A stretch of 64,000 nucleotides of DNA from Planctomycetota bacterium (lineage in GTDB: Bacteria; Planctomycetota; UBA1135): positions 1 to 64,000 of the forward strand of contig JASFYO010000010.1 in assembly GCA_045047305.1 (NCBI GenBank), written 5' to 3'. This document shows, in pieces, positions 49,914-57,826 of this stretch (within the stretch, counting starts at the first letter, position 1; each line of letters opens with the position of its first letter). A program made the translations under genes and the position numbers. The notes under the pieces are model-generated. The model ran no database searches. It was not told the origin of the DNA and worked only from the letters and a program-made list of their open reading frames with translations.

Positions 49914-50570
49914 TCACTCCACAACTGCCAAGCACAAAGCACGGACCTCACGTACTCCTGCGCTGCGTAAGGCTCGAGCGGCCTCCTGCAAGGTAGCCCC
50001 TGTAGTGGATACATCATCCAATAACATGACCGAAACGGGCACCTTGCCGCCACGCCAATCAAACACTCCCTGCAGATTCGCACGGCGTTCTGTGCCACTC
50101 AATTCGGCTTGATTGCCACGAGTTTGTCGCCGCACCAAAAGCCTTTGAGAGTTGGCGCCAAGTGAGGAAGCTAAAGGTTTGCAGAGAAACTGGGGCAAGT
50201 ACCAATCGGCACGGCGCCGCTGCTTGGAAGGCGGCGGCACACACCACCGCGCTTCTCCTGCTGCAGCGAGATGCGGCGCATCCCCCAGGCGCACAAGCTG
50301 ATGTATCGCGGCACGCCGTAAAGCCCAGGCATGGGCACCATGCGGCTGATCTTTCGCCTGCACGATTAAGCGCCGCACCGTTCCGGCATAGGGCCAAAGG
50401 GCAAGACGCTGCAAGTTGGGTAAATCCAGAACCCCGAATGCTGGTGGCCAATCCTGTTTACAACAAGAGCAAAGCATGACCCCCAGGGCACTCAAGCCCA
50501 CACTCGTATCTACATTTCCACAACCAGCGCACCCAGGGAGCAGGAAGGCGTCGGCTAGAATCGTCCACAC
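49914..50570 (-). CDS. ComF-family phosphoribosyltransferase-like protein
   Basis: N-terminal CxxC pairs; Q..LSGTERRANL; LLDDVSTTGATL. Confidence 0.85.
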   Translation of the reverse strand: MWTILADAFLLPGCAGCGNVDTSVGLSALGVMLCSCCKQDWPPAFGVLDLPNLQRLALWPYAGTVRRLIVQAKDQPHGAHAWALRRAAIHQLVRLGDAPHLAAAGEARWCVPPPSKQRRRADWYLPQFLCKPLASSLGANSQRLLVRRQTRGNQAELSGTERRANLQGVFDWRGGKVPVSVMLLDDVSTTGATLQEAARALRSAGVREVRALCLAVVE

Positions 50571-50597
50571 CTTGGTAGACGACTTGATGAAAAAAGG

Positions 50598-51179
50598 TTA
50601 CGCCGGAAAATGCGGCGCGCGACGCCCAAACAACTTCGATGGAGCTTCCTTTAATCCCAAGCGATCGCGCAAACGGCGCACATAACTCTCCACCGTGTCT
50701 TCCGTTGCACCTGGAATACCAAACAACTCCCCTATTTCACGAGTGAGAGCAAGATTGTCTTCAAAAGAAAAATGAAACTCACGCAAGTGAGCCTGCAAAT
50801 AACGCCGCATAGCATTCTCCGTATATTTCCCCTGCAAAAACAACAGAACCGCAGACAAAACGACTAAGCCAATGGCACCACCCGGGAGCATGAGTTTGGG
50901 TAGCTCGACATCTAATGTCACCGCCGCGCCAATCAGGATGCCCGCCATCGCGAGAAAACAGGCACCAACTTGACCGCGGACCTTGGATTGCAGCACTCCA
51001 CGCAGGGGCTCCAACGAAGTAATCATGGTGCCAAGAATCAGCGAGCTGCGGAACCGCGCGCGATCGCGGCCAAAGGCTGAAAAGAAAAATCCTCCAGCGA
51101 AAATCAAGCAGCAGGCGCCCAAACCTAGCATGGTTGGGTCGGCGTTGGTGAGAACCTGGCGGAGAGGCGTACGCAGCAC
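50598..51179 (-). CDS. Hypothetical membrane protein
   Basis: Three hydrophobic segments; start set to GTG 51179 because TACTAT lies 6 nt upstream. Confidence 0.6.
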   Translation of the reverse strand: MLRTPLRQVLTNADPTMLGLGACCLIFAGGFFFSAFGRDRARFRSSLILGTMITSLEPLRGVLQSKVRGQVGACFLAMAGILIGAAVTLDVELPKLMLPGGAIGLVVLSAVLLFLQGKYTENAMRRYLQAHLREFHFSFEDNLALTREIGELFGIPGATEDTVESYVRRLRDRLGLKEAPSKLFGRRAPHFPA

Positions 51180-51314
51180 AAAGGCATAGTACCGGCGGCG
51201 AGTCTCGGCTCCAATTCCAGAAAAACTTTGCAAGCGCAACATTCCTGAAACATCCCTAGCCGATGATGCAAGAGTCAATGGCGGCTCCCGCACTCGACCA
51301 ACCACGTGATTACC

Positions 51315-52283
51315 ATGAAAAATCCACTCTACCCTCTGTTAAGCCTAGTTTTAGGCCTCTTTTTACTCTCTGCAACCCATGCCATGGCGCAGGAGGCCAG
51401 CGCAACACCCCAGGCTGCACTCACCAGCAACTCCACCACTGACCACAAACCTCAATTACACGCAGAAGAAGATGAGGAACTCATGTGGATGATGGATGGC
51501 CTGTCCCTCGCATCCGATGCCATTGGAATCACTGAAGAGGAATTGTTCGATGCTCTTGCCCACGGACTTTCCATGGCTGACGTCGCCCGTGCTCACGGAC
51601 TAGACCCCATCGATTTATTGGATATCGCGGTGAGCTTTGAGGAAAGCGAAATTCTTGAGGAACTCCTTGATGAGGAAATCAATCGCCAAGACGCGGAAGA
51701 GTGGCGCGAGGAAGCTGCCACCGACAACGCTTGGCTGTACTACACCGAAGACCCATTTGGTTTAGAGGATATTGTTTGGATTCTGGACGGCGCCAGTGAG
51801 GTCATGGATCTCGACATTCTGGAGCTCACGGAATGGATGTACGATGGTGTAAGTTTGGAAACGATTGCCAAAGAAATGGAAGTGGATCTCGGTGAGATCT
51901 CGGACTCCGCTTTAGATTATCTCGACGACACCATCGAAGTTATGTTGATGTTAGAAGATATCGAAGAGGACGAAGCCAAGGAATGGTCCGACTGGAGCGA
52001 AGAATCCTTAGACGAGATGCTGGCGCAATCCGACCTCCTCGATGTTGTGGCTGAGGATTTGTGGGCGGACGAAATGGCCGAAACCGTGGCTGACCTATTG
52101 GATCTTGACACTGAGGAATTATGGGAAAAGATTGACGCTGGCGGTGACATCATGCTTATGTTGCGCGTCGAAGGAATCAAAATCGAAGATCCGGAGCTTG
52201 AAGAAAGAATTGTAGAATTCAATGACTGGCTCAAGGAAGACAACCTCGAGGATGATGCTGAAAGCGAGCGCGAACATTTCTAA
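51315..52283 (+). CDS. Highly acidic secreted protein with about three helical repeats
   Basis: Signal peptide AMA|Q; about 30% Asp+Glu by manual count; repeats A..(I/M/L)G/D...EL...L..G.S(M/L)..(V/I)A. Confidence 0.78.
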   Translation: MKNPLYPLLSLVLGLFLLSATHAMAQEASATPQAALTSNSTTDHKPQLHAEEDEELMWMMDGLSLASDAIGITEEELFDALAHGLSMADVARAHGLDPIDLLDIAVSFEESEILEELLDEEINRQDAEEWREEAATDNAWLYYTEDPFGLEDIVWILDGASEVMDLDILELTEWMYDGVSLETIAKEMEVDLGEISDSALDYLDDTIEVMLMLEDIEEDEAKEWSDWSEESLDEMLAQSDLLDVVAEDLWADEMAETVADLLDLDTEELWEKIDAGGDIMLMLRVEGIKIEDPELEERIVEFNDWLKEDNLEDDAESEREHF

Positions 52284-52291
52284 ATGACTCT

Positions 52292-52990
52292 ATGATGACT
52301 CGGGTGAAGAAGAACCGCATCTTGGTGGTTGAGGATGAACCGCGCATTGCGCATTGGGTCACCTCCTTCTTTACCCGTGCCGGTTTCGAGGCCGACAGTG
52401 TCCACAACGGCGCTCTTGGCCTTGAACGCATCCTTCATGAGGCACCGGACCTAGTGATTCTAGATCGTATGTTGCCAGATATCGACGGGTTGGAGGTTCT
52501 GCGCCGTGTACGCATGGTTTCTGCAGTACCGATTATTTTGCTCACTGCCCTTGGAGATGATCATCAACGTATCGAAGGCCTGCGCCATGGCGCCGATGAT
52601 TATCAGTGCAAGCCATTTCATCCAGAAGAGTTGGTCGCACGTGCCGAGGCTATTCTGCGCCGTGTGCGTGACGAAAGTTGCGAGCAACTGATAAGCGAAA
52701 ATGTGGTTCTAAATCTGGATGCCCGTTCCTGCTGTGTACGGAATACATCGGTGGAGTTGACCCGACTACAATTCGACATCCTTGCCACCCTCATGAAAAG
52801 GCCAGGTCAAGTCTTCCCCCGCCGCGATCTAGTGCAAGCGGCGTTCGACCGCGACTTCCAGGGATCCGATCGCGCTGTCGATGTTCAAATCAGACGCCTT
52901 CGCGAACGAGTCGAATCGAATTCCTCACAGCCACAATTGATTGAAACTGTGCATGGAGTTGGCTATCGCTTCTCCGATTTGGTTGAATAA
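52292..52990 (+). CDS. OmpR-family response regulator
   Basis: ILVVEDE, LVILDRMLP, GADDY..KPF, DVQIRRLR, IETVHGVGYRF. Confidence 0.94.
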   Translation: MMTRVKKNRILVVEDEPRIAHWVTSFFTRAGFEADSVHNGALGLERILHEAPDLVILDRMLPDIDGLEVLRRVRMVSAVPIILLTALGDDHQRIEGLRHGADDYQCKPFHPEELVARAEAILRRVRDESCEQLISENVVLNLDARSCCVRNTSVELTRLQFDILATLMKRPGQVFPRRDLVQAAFDRDFQGSDRAVDVQIRRLRERVESNSSQPQLIETVHGVGYRFSDLVE

Positions 52991-52994
52991 GTTC

Positions 52995-54722
52995 ATGCGT
53001 TCAGGGCTACGCACTCGAGTGTTCATGGCAAGTGTTGCCGTCGTCTTGCTCACCTTAATCCTAGGTGGTGCTTTAGTTGGGGACGCAGTCCGCGGCAACT
53101 TCTCTCGCTTTGCGCGCGCCGAAGCTCGAGACCAAGCCTATGACTTAGGTGTGTATTTGGAGTCTTGGCTCAATCGTTCTGAGAACCAAGACCGCCCTGG
53201 CCCAGCATTACAGGATTTCTTTGCTGGCGATGTGCCCGACTTCCGACCCTATTCCACCGAGGACTTAGATGGCCCCAAATGGGGTGATTGGACAGCTCTT
53301 GCGGCCAATTCGCTGCGCATGAAGGAAAGCGATTTAGTCGCAAGACTTGCGCTGCAATCGATGGAAGAAATCTGTGATGAAACTGATTTCTCCACCGAGT
53401 CTTTGCTCGCCATCATCATGCGCTATGAGATGAACGCCCTGGAACAAGAGGGTTATGCGGAAGCCGACGCAGTCGATGAATTAGGAGGCATTCTTTTTGA
53501 GGTACATACCTTCCTCTACGATGGCCCGGCCGAACAAGCACTTCAAATCGACGCCTATGAAAATGCCCTCCCTGAACGCCTCAATTGGTTCTTGGACACT
53601 CTGGTGGATGATGCGCAAATCCTTGCCGTCGACCCCAATGGCAAGGTCCTTTTTGACTCTAGCGGCGGTTCTTTAGGGGTTCAGGTTCCAGAACCACTGT
53701 TCGACGCGGCCACGGCCATTTACGATTGGCGCGATGGGTCTGAGCTGTGCGAAATCATTGTCGCCGCTGGCCCTGGCCACTACCGCGCAGAAGCTAACTT
53801 CTTCTTACAGAGAGTGAAGCGCTCCCTGACAACTAGCGCCTTGCTCCTCCTAGGCGCCGCGCTCCTCCTTTCCTGGTGGCTTGGCCGACGCCTCTTAGCT
53901 CCCATCCAAGCCCTCACCGATGCGTCTGCGCGCCTTGCCAAGGGCGACTCCGACGGACGCCTCCCGGTTGGCAGCGAAGATGAGGTTGGCAGAATGAGTG
54001 CTTCCTTTAACCACATGCTGGAATCTCTGGAGGAGCAACGGGAACTCCGCAAACGCCTCGTTGCTGATTTAGCGCATGAATTAAATACTCCCCTCAGCGT
54101 GATTCAGCTGGAACTTGCAGGGCTCGATGCCGGGATGCAATCCGCAAAAGAATGCGCAGAACGGATTGGGGTGGAATTGGAAGTCCTGAAACGCTTAGCC
54201 AACGATGTCCGCATTCTCGCCGACTCCGACCGCGGCGCCCTAGAATTACGCCTTGAACCATGTGACGTCCAGGCCTGCTGCCACGAAACGGTGCAACGTT
54301 GGCAACCTCGTGCCGCAGAGAAGAATATCCAATTGGAATTTCTTGACGGACCTTCCTTCCCACCCGTGCAAGCCGACCGCGTGCGCGTGATGCAAGTTCT
54401 CGGAAACTTACTAAGTAATGCGGTGCGCCACAGTGACATCCATGGAAACGTTCAAGTCGATGCGCAAGTCACTAGCGACGCAAACGGAGAGTCCTTCCTG
54501 CAAGTTTCTGTTCAGGACAATGGCGAAGGCATTCCAGCGCAACAAATCCCCACGATTTTCGAACGTTTCACCCGCGCAGACTCCTCGCGCAATCGCGAGT
54601 CTGCAGGGCGTGGGCTGGGACTTGCCATTGTCGCCGACTTAGTCCAACGCCACGGCGGGCGCGTGTGGGTAGAGAGCGAAATCGGTACCGGCAGCACCTT
54701 CTATTTCACTCTACCCCTCTAG
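52995..54722 (+). CDS. HAMP-domain sensor histidine kinase (BaeS-like)
   Basis: Two TMs, HAMP (DEVGRMSASFNHM), AHELNTPL, NLLSNAVRH, DNGEGI, GLGLAI. Confidence 0.93.
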   Translation: MRSGLRTRVFMASVAVVLLTLILGGALVGDAVRGNFSRFARAEARDQAYDLGVYLESWLNRSENQDRPGPALQDFFAGDVPDFRPYSTEDLDGPKWGDWTALAANSLRMKESDLVARLALQSMEEICDETDFSTESLLAIIMRYEMNALEQEGYAEADAVDELGGILFEVHTFLYDGPAEQALQIDAYENALPERLNWFLDTLVDDAQILAVDPNGKVLFDSSGGSLGVQVPEPLFDAATAIYDWRDGSELCEIIVAAGPGHYRAEANFFLQRVKRSLTTSALLLLGAALLLSWWLGRRLLAPIQALTDASARLAKGDSDGRLPVGSEDEVGRMSASFNHMLESLEEQRELRKRLVADLAHELNTPLSVIQLELAGLDAGMQSAKECAERIGVELEVLKRLANDVRILADSDRGALELRLEPCDVQACCHETVQRWQPRAAEKNIQLEFLDGPSFPPVQADRVRVMQVLGNLLSNAVRHSDIHGNVQVDAQVTSDANGESFLQVSVQDNGEGIPAQQIPTIFERFTRADSSRNRESAGRGLGLAIVADLVQRHGGRVWVESEIGTGSTFYFTLPL

Positions 54723-54726
54723 CGAC

Positions 54727-56268
54727 CTACTCCCACTCAATGGTCCCGGGAGGCTTAGAAGTAATATCCAAAACCACACGGTTGATACCTGGTGAGTTGT
54801 TGATGATGCGATTAGAAATCGCCTGCAAGCATTCGCGTGAAGGGTAAACCCAATCCGCAGTCATACCGTCATTCGATTGCACGGCACGGATAGCACAAGC
54901 CTCTTCATAGGTGCGCTTATCACCCATCACTCCGACAGAGCGCGCGCCAGTAAGCACAGCAAAGTATTGCCAAACGCCCAAGTGCTCCTCGCGAGCTTCA
55001 AACTCTTCGCGTACCACGCGGTCGGCTTCACGTAGGAGGTGAATGCGTTCTGGAGTACAGTCGCCGACACAACGCACCGCAAGCCCTGGCCCCGGAAACG
55101 GCTGACGCGCAACCATCTCTTCTGGCAGTCCCAGAATACGCCCAAGTTCTCGGACTTCATCTTTGAACAACAGGCGGAGCGGTTCCACCAAGTCCATGTC
55201 GAGGTCGTCGGGAAGTCCACCTACGTTGTGATGCGACTTGATGACCTCGGTTGCGCCACCATGCGCAGCAACGGATTCAATGACATCGGGATAAAGGGTG
55301 CCTTGGCCCAAGAATTTGGCATTCTTGAAGCGCTTGGCTTGCTCGCGGAAGATCTCCACGAACTCATAACCAATGACCTTACGCTTAGTCTCTGGGTCAG
55401 TAACCCCAGCAAGCTTGCTAAGGAAACGTTCTTCAGCATCAATCACCGTCAGGTCTAACTCAAAGTGATCTTCGAATGCCTTCTCCACCATTTGGCGTTC
55501 GCCCGCACGCAGCAAGCCGTTATCGACGAAAATTGCATGGCAACGGTTACCGATAGCCTTTTGGCACAAAGCACCGACCACCGAACTATCGACGCCTCCA
55601 GAAAGCCCAAGCACAATCTCACCATCATCGCCGACTTGTTGGCGCACGCGATCAATCAACTCAGTTGCTAAATCGCCAGGCGTCCAGTCACCGACACATC
55701 CACAAATATCCTTCAAGAAGTTACGCAACATGCGCTCTCCTTCTTGAGTGTGCCCGACTTCGGGGTGGAACTGCACCGCATAGTAATCGCGGGAGGTATC
55801 TCCGATTGCCCCTTCAGGACAATCAGCGCTGTGCGCCAGATTTTCGAAACCGTCCGGCAATTTCTCTACGCGATCTCCATGACTCATCCACACCACAGTG
55901 TCGGAAGCGACTCCAGCAAAGAGTTTCCCTGGTGTATCCACTTTCATCGGAGTGAATCCATACTCACGCGAAGTACCGGGAATAACGGCGCCGCCGAGCA
56001 CCTCACACATCCATTGCATGCCGTAACAAATTCCTAAGACTGGAACACCATGTTCCAGAATCTCGGCGGGCAAAGTGGGTGCGCCTTCTGCATAGGCACT
56101 ACCAGGACCACCCGAAAGAATGATGCCTTTGAGTCCTTCAGCCTTCGATGCTGCGAGAGCTTTGTGTGGCGGAACGACTTCAGAGAACACCTGATGTTCA
56201 CGCACACGTCGTGCAATGAGCTGGGTGTATTGAGATCCGAAATCGACAATGAGGATGCGTTCGTGCAC
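54727..56268 (-). CDS. guaA: GMP synthase
   Basis: DFGSQYTQLIARR, GICYGMQ, QFHPEV, SGGVDS, KSHHNVGG, KPPGTIEWE. Confidence 0.97.
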   Translation of the reverse strand: MHERILIVDFGSQYTQLIARRVREHQVFSEVVPPHKALAASKAEGLKGIILSGGPGSAYAEGAPTLPAEILEHGVPVLGICYGMQWMCEVLGGAVIPGTSREYGFTPMKVDTPGKLFAGVASDTVVWMSHGDRVEKLPDGFENLAHSADCPEGAIGDTSRDYYAVQFHPEVGHTQEGERMLRNFLKDICGCVGDWTPGDLATELIDRVRQQVGDDGEIVLGLSGGVDSSVVGALCQKAIGNRCHAIFVDNGLLRAGERQMVEKAFEDHFELDLTVIDAEERFLSKLAGVTDPETKRKVIGYEFVEIFREQAKRFKNAKFLGQGTLYPDVIESVAAHGGATEVIKSHHNVGGLPDDLDMDLVEPLRLLFKDEVRELGRILGLPEEMVARQPFPGPGLAVRCVGDCTPERIHLLREADRVVREEFEAREEHLGVWQYFAVLTGARSVGVMGDKRTYEEACAIRAVQSNDGMTADWVYPSRECLQAISNRIINNSPGINRVVLDITSKPPGTIEWE

Positions 56269-56282
56269 GGTTCAGGAATTAC

Positions 56283-57728
56283 TTAGTTCGCTTGCCAGTA
56301 GTTTGGCGCTTCTTTGGTGACGCGGACGTCGTGAGGATGATTCTCTTGCCGCCCCGCTCCGGTAATGCGTACAAAGCGTGCGCGGGAGCGAAAAATACCG
56401 AGGTCTTCGGAACCGAGGTAGCCTAGGCCCGCCCGGATACCGCCGACAAACTGATAAACGAAGGGAGCCAAAGCCCCGCGGTGCGGGACCATGCCTTCGA
56501 TGCCTTCGGGGACTAATTTCTGTTGTTCATCGACACTCGCTTGTCCGTAACGAGCTTTACCACCTTCAACCATCGCTGCGAGAGAACCCATACCGCGAAC
56601 AGCTTTGAAGCTGCGCCCTTGATAAAGAAAGGTCTCACCAGGAGATTCGTTCACGCCGGCAAACAAGGAGCCGAGCATCAGGCATTCAGCGCCAGCTCCT
56701 AGAGCTTTAACGCCATCTCCGGAGTGACGTATGCCGCCATCTGCGATGACAGGTACATCTTCCGCGGAACAGACTTGGCTGACTTGATACACCGCTGTGA
56801 ATTGTGGGATGCCTACCCCTGCAACCACCCGCGTAGTGCAGATACTTCCAGGTCCGATACCAACCTTAATCCCATCTGCACCAGCATCAATGAGGGCTTC
56901 TGCAGCTTCGGCGGTAGCAATATTGCCAGCGACGACGTCGACCCAATCGCGCTTCTTCAATTCACGCACCGTCTCCATCACGTTCATGCTGTGCCCATGT
57001 GCGGTGTCAACGGTCAGAACATCTACACCCGCAGCAACCAATGCTTCTGCGCGTTCGTAATCACGCACTCCTACGGCAGCACCGGTGATGAGGCAACCGT
57101 TTTTGTCTTTGGCGGCATCCGGGAACTCGCTCGACAAGCGGATATCACGCATGGTGATGAGGCCCGCCAACCTGCCTTCCTTGTCGGCAAGAATCAACTT
57201 CTCTACCTTAGCTTTGTAAAGAATGGATTTGGCTGTGGCGAGATTGGTATCGGGCGGCGCGGTAACCAAATCACGCGACATCACTTCGCTAGCTTTTTGG
57301 TCATCGCCACCTTGATATTTGAGGTCACGCCGCGTGAGAATTCCAACGACCCGACCATTATCAACCACCGGCAGACCTGAAATATTGTTCTCCGACATCA
57401 AGCGCCGGGCGTCCCCCACAGTGTCATCGGGCTCCAAAGTCAGCGGGTCATGAATCACACCATGGGCACTCCGCTTAACGATATCCACTTCGCGCACTTG
57501 ATCTTCAATCGACAAGTTGCGGTGAATGATGCCGATTCCGCCCTGTTGCGCCAAGGCAATCGCCAAACGCGACTCAGTTACAGTGTCCATCGCAGCCGAG
57601 GCAATCGGAATCTCCAAGCGCACGTTGCGCGAGAACCGGGTGACTGTATTGACCTCCGTTGGAAGGACATCCGACTCCTGAGGAATCAGAAGGACGTCAT
57701 CAAAGGTGAGTGCAAGTGGCAGGTCCAT
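56283..57728 (-). CDS. guaB: IMP dehydrogenase
   Basis: [11 protein letters not shown] pair, [26 protein letters not shown]. Confidence 0.97.
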   Translation of the reverse strand: MDLPLALTFDDVLLIPQESDVLPTEVNTVTRFSRNVRLEIPIASAAMDTVTESRLAIALAQQGGIGIIHRNLSIEDQVREVDIVKRSAHGVIHDPLTLEPDDTVGDARRLMSENNISGLPVVDNGRVVGILTRRDLKYQGGDDQKASEVMSRDLVTAPPDTNLATAKSILYKAKVEKLILADKEGRLAGLITMRDIRLSSEFPDAAKDKNGCLITGAAVGVRDYERAEALVAAGVDVLTVDTAHGHSMNVMETVRELKKRDWVDVVAGNIATAEAAEALIDAGADGIKVGIGPGSICTTRVVAGVGIPQFTAVYQVSQVCSAEDVPVIADGGIRHSGDGVKALGAGAECLMLGSLFAGVNESPGETFLYQGRSFKAVRGMGSLAAMVEGGKARYGQASVDEQQKLVPEGIEGMVPHRGALAPFVYQFVGGIRAGLGYLGSEDLGIFRSRARFVRITGAGRQENHPHDVRVTKEAPNYWQAN

Positions 57729-57826
57729 AAGCCATTGTAGCGCGGCGGCTGGGTGCGATGCTAGCCCCATGCCACGAGGAAATGTGCGTTATACTGGCGC
57801 TTTCAGCTCGCCCTGAAAGACCTACC

